DNA from: Amoeboaphelidium protococcarum X5
Lineage: Eukaryota > Fungi > Aphelidiomycota
DNA length: 64,000 nucleotides
NCBI GenBank assembly: GCA_023515725.1
Contig: JALDTO010000181.1
Span: 124,001-188,000, forward strand
Reading direction: 5' to 3'
Positions 40,564-55,515 of the stretch are shown here, in pieces. The stretch's first letter is position 1; the number at the start of each line of letters is the position of its first letter. The notes under the pieces were generated by a model, which saw only the letters and a program-made list of their open reading frames with translations, was not told where the DNA came from and did no database searches. The position numbers and the translations under genes were made by a program.

Positions 40564-42717
40564 TCATTTTTATGAAGAGTACTCTTTACAGAAATCGCTA
40601 GCGACAAACCTGGCATAACTGTCTCGCATGAGTAGCTTTTAAACATCTGCAACTGCATCGGAGAATACGTACACATCAACTTCTGAGCCTTCAATTTCAT
40701 CCACGTCCTCAAGCAGAGGATCAAAAGCACTGATCAGCTATTGCTTGGTATTATCAGATATATTTACAGGCTGCTAACAGCCAGGCTTCACGTACTAGCT
40801 GTAGATTTCAAGAGCCTTCCTCACCCAGATGATGCCATCAAATACGTTATCGAGATCTTACACTTCTACTATAAACTTTAGACTCTCCGTGCTGAACTCC
40901 TTCTCCAAGAACTTCATAAATATAACTCGGCCTCTCTTATCGTCCATCATATCTTTAAACGAAGCGTACCAAATTTCAGCATCTTCCAGAGTAAACTGCT
41001 GCAAGCCCTGATATCCATACTCTTTAGATGGCGGTTAGTTGTATGGATTGACAACAGTCTAATTGATAAAAGGATCTCTAAATTGCCATACTTGACATCG
41101 GTCAATTAAGGCCCGGCTCTCTACAGACACTTTTAGCCGACTTGTCTCATACTGAATCTAATATGTGGTGAGCCGCTTCAACAAATGATCAAGTAGCTGT
41201 CTTTTATTTAAAGTGGCTTCGTATTCGGCATCAGTGAGATGCTGCTTATCACTATCGCCAGATTCCTCAATGTCCAAATAAGGATTCTTCTGTGATTTGT
41301 GCCTTCTATGTATCCACCAAAACTTCTACTCTCTAAGCTACAAGATCTTACGCGTTGATACACTCAATTGCTTCAAAAATACCAGCTATTTGAAGGTGGA
41401 GTCTTCCATATCTTTCCATGTCTATGTCATGTACTTCCTAAAGTATTCAAGGCGTTCACTTTCCTTGCTTTCCAAAGCACTTAACCTACCAACATCAATC
41501 TTCTTATTAGCGCGTCTGTACAGATAAACAGCATAATCTACATCTGACGGCATCCAGTCATTAGACATCCACAACCTCTATGACTGGAAAATATATAGAG
41601 CTGATTCAGAGAACGGTGACTTTTCATTGTCTAAATCAATCAAATATCCCATGCAGAACATCATAGTTGCGTATTAGATAGCTTCGAACTTTTCCATGAA
41701 ATCACAGTGTGTCATTAACCAATTTATCAGCTCTTCTCCAGTACAGCAGTCACGATAAGTACGCAAATTCTTGGCTCTATGAGTCTTCAACTCTATTTTC
41801 TAATCGGACTCTAGCAGTGCGACCATTGTCCGTTCGATATGCTCAATCTACTTACCTTGCAGTTTTGTGCGTTAAGCAGACGCTTCAGATGATTAGTTTG
41901 AAGTACACAGTATCAAATCAATGAACAAATCTTCCTACTAGCGGAGATCCTACAACGAATCTGTATCTACTGCGCGACCAAAGCTGCTGGTCATGAACGT
42001 CCTCTGAGCCTTGGAGCGTTCAGACGTAAGACTGGCATTACTCTTCATGATGCTGCTGCTGCCACCCAGGCCAACAGAGGCGAGAGATTTACCGCTACCA
42101 GAGTTGGAAGATGTCTTGGCAGAGGATAGTTTTGATGCCCATCTCTTGAGGCCATTCAATGGGAATATAGATGGTGCTGCGACAGAGTCCTTTCTATCTT
42201 TAGAAGAATTCCTTGGCTAATCCTTTTTATCATTTCCAAAAATGTCATAGTCAGCAGGATTTGCGGGAGAAGGAGGCTCAGATTCTGATTGTGCTCCAGC
42301 TGGCACAGGCAAGGTCATTATTGCAAGTTTCGACGCGCTATGCATTGCAACGTTGGCTTAACTTTGAGTATTATCTTTGACTTTAAATGTAACTTCAGGA
42401 GCATTTATCTTAGGCTGCACAATACTTTGCTAGTCAGTGTCAGAGTTTCCACTATCTTATCTATTCACAACATTAGCATTCTGGTATGGGGAATCTTACT
42501 AATGCTCATAAGAGGATATGATAATAGTTTCACTATCAGTTGTCGCAGTGGTATTGACAGACATTGTCTTGCTTATTCTATCATATGCCGCTTTAGGCGT
42601 CGGGGAATTTGATAATCTCTGCTGTAAATCTTTTAGCTTCAATCCAGACAATGTATCACCTACTCCATCCATCATCTCATCTTCAAACACTATATCACTA
42701 GAATTGTCTCGATTCAT
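40564..42717 (-). CDS. R7-family-like RGS protein B (DEP-DHEX-GGL-RGS) with a long disordered N-terminus, 717 aa
   Basis: DEP: CCTGEELINWL...GYLI. DHEX: DVDYAVYLYRR...REQKFWWIHR. GGL: SRLKVSVESRALIDRCQVWQFRDPFI...NPY. RGS: FMKFLEKEFSTESLKF...PVNIS...RDSYARF. Confidence 0.85.
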
Positions 42718-43049
42718 CTCCTTCAAACAATGTTATATTTTCTGTAATTTTAACTGCTATATCAAAAGTAAATCAAAGCCAGAAATTTAAAGCAGTAGTT
42801 AATCAGTATATAAATTGCATTACAGAGTTTATTTATACTGCATCATCAAGCATCCGTCACTGGGAGGCGATAACGTTTCAAACATTCTCTTGGCAACGGC
42901 GCGGTTTTACAAAGGTGATAATGGTCAATAAATGACTTTTACTACACGCAGGTCAGTAAAAATTAAAATACAATTAATGAGTAACTACCTTAAGAAAGAA
43001 AATCCTCCAAAATGTATTAAATGATGACCTCAAAGTTCTCAAAACAGAC

Positions 43050-44331
<1,282 letters not shown>

Positions 44332-44726
44332 GATGCTGATGATTGCTGAAGTATCTAGGTGAATTCTATTGCGATAAGAATTTATGGGAAGACGGCAGAG
44401 AGGGTGAGAAATGTGTGTGAGGCTCAGCAGCGACGAGGAATTGTTTGAACCGACGGCTGTTCTCCTGATTGGCCTGCTAAGATGAACGCAATCATTAGAG
44501 CATATTACTAGAGCTGTGCGGCACATTACCGCTTGCTTTACTACTTTAAGTGTATTCTTCTTGTTCAACTCTCCAGATTGAGGCTTTTTTAAAACGCGTA
44601 ATTTTAAAAGCTATGAGCAACAATGCTTATCGAGCGTTGTTCTACCTAATCCCCTGGCCAGCCGTTGATCTTTTTCATTTCGAGCAGAAGTGTCCATCAG
44701 GTCAAAACGATCATTCGGCAGGGAGA

Positions 44727-45530
44727 ATGCGATAAATTATCTTAAGGCCAAGCTGGCGATTGTTGAGTTAGCATAAGAATATTCCAGGTTTACTATCTAA
44801 TAAAGTACAAAAACAGAGCGACGTACCAAAAGCTATAGATGACACTAATGTGAATAGCAAATTACAGAATGTGAATGACATGCGATGGGTCGAAGAGAGT
44901 GATTTTGATAAAATAGCGCGTAAACCTGTGCATAAAAGGTCGCTGCATGAACACGCCACTCAGCTGTAAAGAAATGAGTTATTAGAGTATTATAATCTAC
45001 TTAATCATCCGTCGTCTGAAAGCGATAGAATCATACAGTAGACGAAGAGTTTGGATATTGTGGAAGAAGAAGGACGCAAGCAAATAGTGTCATTAATCAA
45101 TCCACCTCAGAACCTTTCTATTTCACATCCTCATGATCGCAAGGCTGAATAGTATTTAATTGAGCAGTATTCCACCAAAGTTTTGCCTCAAAATCAGTTT
45201 GATATTCTAAAAGTACCTTACTACATGAATAAGCCGTATGTGATATATCCTATCTACGCGTATGTGGGATGTTTGATGGTTTATGTTGTGCTATTCACGG
45301 ACTGGGATGGTCTGAATTCTTACGCGAATTACAGTGAATTTGGCATTGAAGCCAGCGGTCACCATCCTCATATTTTTGAAGGCATCTAGTCGTGGTTTTA
45401 TGGTGTATGTGATCACTGGGGAATATCACATCCTTCCCGGCCTGCAGAGAATCAGATGGCCGAGGCTCTAAGTGATGAAAAGGTATTGGACGCCATGGTG
45501 AAACGATTGGACGGTGGCACGAAGAGTTGA
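44727..45530 (+). CDS. Hypothetical single-pass, probably mitochondrial, membrane protein (alternative in-frame start at 44613)
   Basis: Open with TAR=Gln. Arg-rich N-terminus MRQIILRPSWRLLSQHK; TM YVIYPIYAYVGCLMVYVVLF followed by TDWDG...HIFEGIQSWF. Confidence 0.55.
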
Positions 45531-45682
45531 CTGATTGGATGGATGATACCAAATATAGTAACACATACGATCGATCACTTGCTGATTCTTTAGCTTCTAT
45601 TATCAAAGTCTTTTCTTATCTTATTATTCTGGGGAATTTAAATTTCAGATTATAAACACACTTATATCAAAGTTACATCAAA

Positions 45683-46552
45683 ATGTCCGCGGAATAATCG
45701 ACGCAAAAGGTGAATGAGATCAAGTAGATGATTGACAAGTACAACATGCTTGTCAGAGGCATTGTGAAATATTAGAAGCGCGTCTAAACAGCTGTATCTG
45801 AAACAGAATAGTAGGATGGCACAGAGAAATTGCAGTATGTGAGAAGAGAAATTATTAAACTCGGCAAGATTATCAGGCAAGAATTGACCTTGATGAAACA
45901 ATAGAGTGCTGCCAATGGTGTTTACTAATAGCATTATCAAAATCTGGCGAGAAAATTTATGGATTGTGTTGCTGCTTATCAGTCTGTGGAGGTGGATTTT
46001 TAGAATTAAACTCGTGAAAAGACGCGTCGTTAGTATAAAATGGTTAAGCCAAATGCTACTGGAGCAGAGGTGGAGGCTGCGATTGATGAAGCTGAATAGG
46101 GTGGAGATGGCGTAGGAAATGTGTTCAGCTAAAGTCTCATGCAGTCCAGTCGAAGAGGTGAAGCTCAGGCACTGAGAAGTGAATTGGAGAGTAGAAATAC
46201 TGCATTGACCAACATTGCGCGCCAAGTTGAGGAGTTGCACGCTTTGTTTCAAGACATGGCCACGCTGGTTCAAGAGCAAGATGAACAGATTTAGATTATC
46301 GTCAATCATGCTGAAGATACCGCCACTAACACAAACAATGCTGCAAATGAAATGAGACAAGCTGTGGTGACAAAGAAGAAGAATATCAGACGAAAACGTA
46401 TGTTGATCTGCTGTTGTTTAGTCCTACTGCTTGTGATTGGTATTGTCTTGTTCATCTACTTTGGTCTGCCACTGATCTAGAAGGCGCCTTCCAGCAGTAA
46501 CTCTAATGGTGGTGATTCCAACTCTCAGCCTGCAACTCGTCGTAATAATTGA
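45683..46552 (+). CDS. Plasma-membrane-type syntaxin (Qa-SNARE, Sso1-like), 289 aa
   Basis: Habc helices, SNARE motif ELHALFQDMATLVQEQDEQI, RRKR, then TM MLICCCLVLLLVIGIVLFIYF. Missed by the ORF track. Confidence 0.88.
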
Positions 46553-46947
46553 TAATTCTGACTGTCTGGAATATAGTAATCTCTTTTTGTTCTTGTGTCA
46601 TGATATCTTTCTGAGCATTGACTCTCTCTCTCTCTTTATTGATGAAACTGCAGCAACTATAGCATCAAAACAGGTGCTAAATTAACTAGACTAAATATAT
46701 CACTCGTTTCTGTTTTATTTTACCCTTTAAAACGCGGTGAAAACTCTTGCAACGACTATTTTTTAAGGCAACAAAGGCATAGAACTTTTGCTATAGTGTG
46801 TTTGTTGTTGTTGATCGCCTTTGCTTTGTTTCCATCGCTATTTTGAATGTCCCTTTTTCTTCCATCCATCCCATTTATATTTACTGTCATAAATTATAAT
46901 AATTATACTCGCCGACTTGAGCATTATTTTGTTGGATACACTCAGCG

Positions 46948-48932
46948 ATGACTTTTGGGGAACATTTAAAGGTATCTACTTCTAGTTGTATGTTTAACAA
47001 TATCTGATTGTTTTAGTATCAGTGTAGGATCAACTGCCAGTGATTGACAAGTATACCCAAAACGGGCTGACACTTGCTCAGGAAATAAGAGACTTTATCA
47101 AGGAACGATCTCAACTGGAGAAGGACTATGCTCACAAACTTGATAGCTTTAGTAAGAGATACAGTAGCAAGAAGGAGAAGTTGGGTATGTAGTTGATGGA
47201 TGTCAGCAGTGCCGGTGGAAATGCAAACAATGTCTCGTTCGCTGGCTCCGACAAATACGGCACTCTGTTTAAAGCGTGGGATGCGATGCTATTACAGACA
47301 GAGGAATTGGCCAAAGTGAAGATTTAGTTCTCTGACAATATGATCACGCAAGTCACTGACTAATTCAAGACTTTGATACACAAGAAGGATGAGTCTAGAA
47401 AGAAGCATATGACTTTTGCTGGTAGACTCAATGAGGAGAAGGCAAAGGCGATCAACGACAAGGACAAGTCCAAGGAGAAGTATGATCATATGTGCGACGT
47501 TGTAGATCAGGCCAAGACTCGTCATGAAAAGGCTCCAGATGAGAAGACTGCGGAGAAGTTGAAGAAGTAGTGGCAGGCAGACGTGATGGAGATGAATAAC
47601 TCGAAGAATAATTACATATTGGCGGTCAAGGTGGCGAATGCGTTGAAGAAGAAGTACTACTTTCAAGATATGCCACAGCTGATGGATTAAATGCAGCAGA
47701 TGAATGAGGCTAGAGTTTCGTAGACCAAGCAGTTACTGGATGAGTATCTTAGATTGGATATTGCCTCGCTGGACTAGGCGCGTAATGTCATTGATGTTAT
47801 ACATGGAGCTGTTGAGAGTGTGAGTGCTGAGTAGGATTCTAATATCTTCATTGGCTATCACAGACCGGCTGTGGAGTGGACTGAGCCGTATGATTACAAG
47901 TTTGAGCCGACTCTGCTGTGGAAAGAGTCTGAAGATATTGAAGTCAATGATGCCGCTAAAATCTATTTGATCAATAAATTGGGTAAAGTCCGAGCCAAGT
48001 TGGAGGAGACTGTATCGGAGCTCGATGTGAAAACTAAAGAGGTTGAAGGCCTGAAGAATCTATAGGATGCGTATGTAAAGAATCCCACAACAGGTGATCC
48101 AGATGAAGTGTTGGAAAATATAATTGAAAGTAATAGAGGAGTTGTTGCATTGTAGTCATCGCAAATGAAGTATTAAGTGTGTTTAGATGTCATCAATGGT
48201 GCCATCGGGGAGTAAGATCATGGCAAGAGACATTGCCTGGTAAAGAGTACTTTTGCTATTCCGACTTCTTGTGATTATTGTCAGGATAAGATTTGGGGTC
48301 TTACTTAGCAGGGCTTGACTTGCAAGGAGTGTGGATACAATTGCCATGCTAAATGTGAAATGAAAGTTCCTCCTTACTGTGGAATACCAAAGTCTCAGTA
48401 GCCATAGCCCAGCCATACGTCTAGCAAAAAGACTACAACTGCCACGTCTCTTAGTGCAAGTCCAGTTTCTAATGGCGGTCAATCACAACCTGCCGCCATT
48501 CCCAATGTACCTACCGCCGCAGTGCCTGCTAATATCAGCAAGGCGCTAAATACTGCGCAATAACAAGTTTAAGCTCTCGTGCTTTATGATTATACTGCTG
48601 GAAATTCTGATGAAATTAGTATAACCGCAGGAGAGAGTATCAATGTTGTAGATGAAGAGGATGATGCTGGTTGGATTAAGGTCAGTAAGAATGGCAAGGT
48701 TGGATTAGCTCCGAAGAGTTATCTAGAGATTAAGGCAGCGACCATCGCCTCCAGTAGTAGTAAGCAAATGTTTAAAGCTATTTATGATTATGAGGCCTAG
48801 ACTGCTTAAGAGTTGTCTATTAAAGAAGGTGATTTAGTGGAGGTTGCCAAGTAAGGTGACGATGGTTGGTGGTATGGATTCGTTAATGGACGTAAAGGTG
48901 AATTCCCTGGAAGTTATGTTGAACCAGCTTGA
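46948..48932 (+). CDS. BZZ1: Bzz1-like F-BAR, C1, 2xSH3 protein (intron 46972-47027)
   Basis: MTFGEHLK|DQ..FIKERSQLEKDYAHKL (FCH); C1 HCLVKSTFAIPTSCDYCQDKIWG...CKECGYNCHAKC; SH3 LYDYTAG..GWIK..GLAPKSYL and IYDYEA..GWWYG..GEFPGSYV. Confidence 0.9.
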
Positions 48933-49416
48933 ATGTTATAAATCTCTATGATTTGAAAGTTATTTCCTTGATTCTTAGATGGAATCTTTTATCATTATGC
49001 TAATACTTTCGCTGACTAAACCAAATGCTACGAGGCCTTAAATTTGACCAGCTCATATGAGGCGCTGCAACAGCTTTATCAAATCTATTAACTTTCCTCT
49101 TACGAAACTGTTTCACATTTCTTGATTAGATTTAATCGATGACAGGACATTGGGTCTCATCTCTATTTTCAATCCACAGAGTATAACAGCACCAGATAAT
49201 GAACAACTCTTGTCGAAATAATATACCTGCTCCGTAACTTCCTCGCAACTGGCAAATTAATTTTGCACCATTGATAGCTGAAGGAGATCCTTTGGTGTCT
49301 GTGCACATTTGTGACGCGATAAAGGATGAGGAGGCGCTTTGTAGCATGCGTAACAAGGCTCCTGGCGTTGATGATAATCTGGTAGCCTCTGCATCATTGC
49401 TTTGTCAAAAAATCAA

Positions 49417-49800
49417 ATGGCACATTTAAATGCTAAAAATGCTTTGGATTAGGCTCCTGCTTGGTTTGCTCTAGCAGTTGAGGCTGCTCTGCGTCGCGTA
49501 ATGCGCGTTGAGCTGAAACCAATAAAAACCACGCAAGCATGCGAGTATAATCGCATACGTCGTGATGGATTACTCGAGCCTTTCATACCTGTGCCACTTG
49601 CCGATGGATCCATGCCGGATGAGAACGATCTACCTCCGATAGTGAATTTACATTCAGTGTCCGAAATGAATCATGAAACAGTCGCGAGGTATTTAAGCTT
49701 GTATGGGATCATTGATGATGATTAGCCAATTAGTTTAATGGACAAGAAAAACTTGCTATTGACTCAAATAGGTTTATTTCAAGGTTACCGCATTGAATGA
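49417..49800 (+). CDS. Mug135-like C-terminal domain protein; probably extends up to ATG 49199 across a 1-nt frameshift
   Basis: APAWFA...N...DG..PFIPVPLADGSMP...LPPI...YLSLYGI...KKNLLLTQIG matches the Mug135_C pattern as I recall it. Confidence 0.6.
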
Positions 49801-49994
49801 TTAAAGTTAAAGAGCCAATTAAGAAGGCTGCTTGTATTATGAGTGATGACAATCGTGAAGAAATAAATGCATTTCAAATCTTGTTTCCAAACGCGCGTCC
49901 TTGTGTGAAATTATCGCATTGAAATCTAATAGATCAATTTGGTCTTAACCCGTTGTTGGTGAAAATAATACATTTCAAAAAAATATACAACATA

Positions 49995-51011
49995 ATGAGC
50001 GTCTTATTGGAGACTAGCGTTGGCTAATTAGTAATTGATCTGTACTGCGCAGAATTCCCGGATGCTTGTAAATAGTTTTTGCAGTTATGCCACGACAGGT
50101 TTTATGATTATGCTATTGTGAAGCGAATAGAACCTGGATTTATCGTTCAATTTAAGATTGCTACCACTGGCCATCCTATTGCTTATCATAAACTAAACTT
50201 GCAACGTAAGCCACTCACTCTAAAACATAATAAACGCGGTCTGGTGTCCATTAATTGTGCATCCAACAATGGCGAATATATCTTGTAATTTGATCAGTTC
50301 TTCATTACGCTGGGCGATGATTTGGAGTATCTCGATGATGGTAATCAAATCATTGGCCGGATAGAAGAGAATATTGAAATCCTGGATATACTAGAGTAGT
50401 CACTGGTTGACGGGAATTGCAAGCCTTTAGTTCCTGTGGCTATAAGCCATGCACATAAATTGCTCAATCCTTTTGATCCTTAAGTTTAACGCGTCGCATA
50501 AAATAGGTACAATTTTAGTTTACCACCTCCTGAACTGCAGGGGCTCTTCGTTACAGAATATCAATAAAATAATGGATCAGCCCATATTGATGTGATTAAA
50601 GATTCCAGACTCATTGAAGAGATTCATATTGGTGCTCTGTTGACTTAGTACGCAGATAAATATGTGGACGATTTAGATGAACAACTAGACCCCAAAGTGC
50701 TGTTTGTGGGTAATTTAAATCAGGCGACATCAGAACGGGATCTGCAATAGTTATTTCAACGATTTGGTCCTGTTCGATTTTGTAAATTGGCCACTGATAA
50801 GCTTTCTCGGAAGTCACTTGGATATGCCTTTGTAGGATTCCGAAGTAATGATGTCGCATTAAAAGCTAAGCAGTCCGCAGATGGAATCCGATTAGATGAC
50901 AAAGTGCTGCGGTTGAATTTTGCTCGCGTTAAAGCACAAACTTAAGCAATTAAAAAATAGAGCAATCCAGCCTCAGCTAAGGATTTCGCAGGATATAGTC
51001 TTCTACTTTGA
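49995..51011 (+). CDS. PPIL4: Cyclophilin-RRM protein PPIL4/Rct1 (divergent), 338 aa
   Basis: MSVLLETSVGQLVIDLY...FLQLC, LKHNKRGLVS, QFFITLGDDLEYLD; RRM VLFVGNLN...FQRFG...KSLGYAFVGF...DGIRLDDKVLRLNF. Confidence 0.82.
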
Positions 51012-51097
51012 ATATAGATGATTAAGCTTTAAGATAAATATGGCGATATCAATTGTACAAACAGGAAATATATTTAATCATCATTCGAAATCAAAAT

Positions 51098-52357
51098 TCA
51101 AAAATGCGTGCGCATATAGGACGAAGCAGATCGTAGTGTCATAAACGCGCTTTTACCATTGGATCTCTCGCCAAACAAATTTGCCGATGAGACATTCAAA
51201 AAACTCGCATCAGGACTACTAATAGCTGAATGAGTCTTAAGATATATAGAATTGGAAGCTTCAGAAACCAGTTCACTGTGAGGAGGACTAATTTCTTCTG
51301 CTGATGGAGTATTAAACGAAAAATAATCCATTTCATCTGGAGCCAATCTCAATGGTGTCGGGTGCGCCAGTTTTCCACAATTTCTAGGATATGAGAGCAA
51401 GTGGAACGATCCATTAGACTTTGGAGACAGCAAACAACTATTTGAAACAACTTCCTTGCGAGTAAAATTGCCTTCTGTACGTTCAGTTAACTCGTCCTCT
51501 CGAATGTTCTTGGAATGTCCAATCCTTTCCCCAATTGTCATCATCTCAATATCAGGAGCGTCAGGCTACAAACAACACACATTAAAATCTATCATATGAG
51601 AGTAGCATGTAAGACTTACTCGATGTGCCGAATGTCTAAATAAGCCCATTTTCCAGGCAATTTTCTGCATCATATCATCACACATGTCATCAAACGACTA
51701 TATAGGCGTTTCCTGGGCAATAGTTTCATAAAACAGCGATTGGTCAACATCTTCCAAATCTGCCATGCAGATATCAGTCTGAGTTGATTAATTACGTCTA
51801 GTGGCATTAGAATCGCATTAAGTCTTCTTTGATCCTGCACTCCAAGTGGTGTCGCAGTGTGCAGCAGATTTATTATTACTAAATGAGCTTTTCTTGTTTG
51901 TTTCAGCTCGGAGGAACAACGCGTCGCTGTTTCGAGCCTCGCGGCGACAATCAGATTCTGCATGAGCCTCTATAGCGGCAGACTCAGTACGGCTCTGTAC
52001 AGCCATTTCATCAAAATCAACATTATCAGCGCAAAAATCTTGTGAGTGGTAAATTTTAGTTGATGATGAAGGATTAGATTCTTTGAGCACAGCAGACGAT
52101 GTTTGCATGGAGTAAGCTTAGCATGCTTTGTCGTCAACTGTTGAAGTTCCACTCATGTTCTAACTGAATGTAGAGAGACCTTTTCTACCATTACCATTTA
52201 TACTTGCTTACTACTTTTTCTTATTATAATTCATTAGTATTAAGCTATTATAGGCCACTATATTGCAGTATTGAATAGTATGTATGAATCTTCCAAGTGT
52301 ATAGCAGTTGTTTGAAATCTACACCATCAAACAAGAGATGAGAGATGATTCAATCAT
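51098..52357 (-). CDS. Hypothetical Ser-rich low-complexity protein (intron 51566-51619); 5' end uncertain
   Basis: Long TGA-free frames joined by a GTAAGT...TGTAG intron; no recognisable domain. Confidence 0.45.
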
Positions 52358-52905
52358 AAAAACTCAAACAATAAATTACCTATGGATGCCAGACAGATAT
52401 TTACCAACTAATAACTTCTTGTACAGAAGTGGTAGATATCAAATATGCTCTCTTGACACTATATAATTTAGAGCACTGATGGTTAGGAAGATGGATTTGA
52501 ATAAAGAGTGCTCGCGTGAGATTTCAAACAATCAAAGTTCCCCGCTCAAAGCTTTGAACTCCAACCTCTCTCGAGTGTAGTATTGAGTCCGAAGTGCTTG
52601 AATTTAGAATACTTCACTGGGCTGTCTAATAAGAGTACGTATCCATTTGATTAATAATATAACGGAAGTATTCCCTAATTGAATATAAACTCAGTTATCA
52701 TTTGACAGTAAGTCATGATTTTGTGCCGCCTTTCGTTTTGATTATCGAGCTTTCGGATGTATTCAGATTGATTACGTTTCCAGGATCTTCAACAAAACCC
52801 ATATAATTCAAAGCAAAACTTCAAAGATATCAATTTTTAAAGAATTTAGTTTTAGTTTTTATATTTGAACAGCAGGTCACCAAACATTTCACCAATTCGC
52901 TGATA

Positions 52906-55515
52906 TCAACCTCTCACTTGAGAACTATTTTACACTTGCTCCAGTATCTCAAGGACCCATTTCATCTAGAGCCTTGATTGCGGCTCGTCTGCCCAACATT
53001 GAACCATAATCTCACAAAGTCCTCGAACTTTAGCATCGGTTTACTTTTATAATAAAACTTCCTCCGTGAGAGCTGGTCTTTCACCTCCAATAACAGCTTT
53101 AAGAATTTACTTGGCAGTCATCGAACGTGGCCAAGGTAGCCGGCGCGTAACGAGCTCGTACGCTACCATGGCAAACGAATACACATCAGTCGCTTTAATT
53201 TACTCGGCATAACTAGACTCTGAATCTCGCGCAGAGGACTCTTATGGATTAGCAACGCGCCTAAGAACTTCAGGTGCAGCATATGCAACACTCACACCAT
53301 CAACCTTAGACATTTGGAACGCGTCAACGATAGGCACGTTAGTATTAACAATCCTGGAAATACCGAAATCAGACAATACAGCATATAGAGACTTTTCATC
53401 TTCATCAATCAGAATATTAGCGCTTTTGATGTCACAGTGAGCAAAACCAGAATCGTGCATCTCCTTTATCCCGGTGGCAATGTCCTTCATTAGGCTAAAC
53501 TTCAGATCCGATGTCCAATTGACATACTTGGCCGATTCGGGATTGTATAAAATGGCAGACAGCGCTCCTCTTGTATATTTCTTCATTATGATCATTGGTG
53601 GATTATCTGTAAATCCAAGCAACTTTGCGAAATTCCGACTGCTCCTAAAGAACCACATCATGGAAATCTCCTACGTGAACGATGCAATCTCGTCCCTTTC
53701 ACTGATATCACTATTCAGGATCTTGACTACACAACGCTCCATCCCTTCAGCTCTGTTTTATAAATCTGATGACAGAATCTTAGCCGTGCAAATTCTAGCA
53801 GCGCCACCTTTGGCAATCTCAGCCTCTATGGTGAAGTCATCATTCTCTGTATACTGGAGAAATCCAGGAATCGCAAGCTCGCGTTAGTTCACTATAACAG
53901 TATTATTCAGAGTAAAAGAATTTGAGGTCTCCGAGGTGGTAGTATTCTCAATACTGACAGGAAGTTGAGTGAAGTTAACAGAAACATTAGTAAGACCAGT
54001 CGGGCGCAATCTACTCTCAAAACTCTTGTACAAAGCTTCAGGCGTTATTAACGCACCAGCACCATTTCTATTCATAGCCATAGACGTAACAACCCTTTAC
54101 TGAACATTAGGATTCATTTGAGCCTAATATTATTGTGACTACTAAAACTGTTAAGGAGCATTGATTCCAACAGAAGGATAAGGTTGTTGAGCTTATAACA
54201 TATCGCCTGGGTTGCCACCGATAGTTTACTTTTATACAAATTTTCTAATGACAGATTGTGGTGCATCGCCTTGACCAGCGTTGTCAGCTCTCGATGGATC
54301 CTCTACAAGAACATGCAAAACTGGTTATTACACACGCATGGCAGTCTTGATACTCTGCAATTATTGCGGAGGTATATTCGGAGCCTGTACTGCATAATTC
54401 TAATACTGCGGCATTTACTGCTATTATTGCTACTGCGGCTGGATCATATTAGCAGGAGCAACCAAAGGACGATCACTGTTCACTCTACCTCTCATGCTAC
54501 CAAAATGCTAAGGCATAGGAGGTGCATTCAGAGGAATGAAATTTCCATCTTCGGCTTATATTAGATTAGGCTATGATTTATTACGCGGTCTCATGAGTTC
54601 TCCGGGGGCATTCTAGATATCAATCAAAGTGGGAACATCTTCTGAGGCCAGAAAGGGGAGCTGTTTCTGAGACTAAACTTGGCGCGAACTTCGCTTTACT
54701 GTACCTTCTCTCACCAGATGATTATGCTGTATCTTCAACTTGGCAAGATAGTCTTCGTACTGACTCCTTGCGCCAGATTATTCACCCAAATCTCGCTAAT
54801 TCTACGAGCTTCCTTTAGAAATGGAATTGAACTTTGATTGATCTTGGATATCAGCTCGCTGTATATTGCTCACAGATCTCAATCTTTCCACTGTTTGAGG
54901 AGTGACATGAGTAGGTGGCACAGTTTCCAGAGACATGCCACTTTGAACATCTATAGGACTACTTCCTTTCTCACCATATTGCTACGGGCTATTCTGTAAT
55001 CGCATAGCAGTATCCGAAGGCAGATCTCGTCTGCTCTTACTCATCTACATAGTCAAGGGCTACTGCTGTTACGACTACTGAACCTTTCCGTCATACTTAT
55101 CACGAGTGGTTGCAATCGGGGCGCTAAAAGAACCAAAATTCTAAGTAGACTGAGGAGGATTGTACGCCAACTATGAGGTGGCCTGTGGTGCAAGATTATT
55201 TTGACTATTAGCTCCTGCTGCTTGAGGCGCCTGATTACTTCTTGCTTTTTTCTAGGCGATCATTGCCGATCTCTGAGCAGATCGTTTGCGTACGGCCAAG
55301 CACACTGTGGCAATCACCGCCACTCCAATTAAGGCGCATACTACAGAAATTGCTACTACAGCTGCAGAAGGTCCCGGTGTTGAGTTACTACCACTGTCTT
55401 ATCTCTTCTCTAATCTAATAATTTATGGTTGCATCTCCTATCGCCGATACCCAAGGGCTCTTTCAACGAAGATCATGGTTAGAATATACATCCACTTGAT
55501 CATCTAATGAGCCAT
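52906..55515 (-). CDS. Single-pass kinase of the same family as the RLK array: signal peptide, roughly 25-aa ectodomain, TM, long Q/P-rich linker, complete non-RD kinase; 869 aa
   Basis: MAHQMIKWMYILTMIFVERALG...LEKRQDSG; TM AVVAISVVCALIGVAVIATVCLAV followed by RKR; IPGFL, AKGGAA, CVVK, FTQEISMMWFFR, HCDIKSAN, SDFGIS, YAAPE, TDVYSF..LPW..GERP..MVQCWADEPQSRL. Confidence 0.88.
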
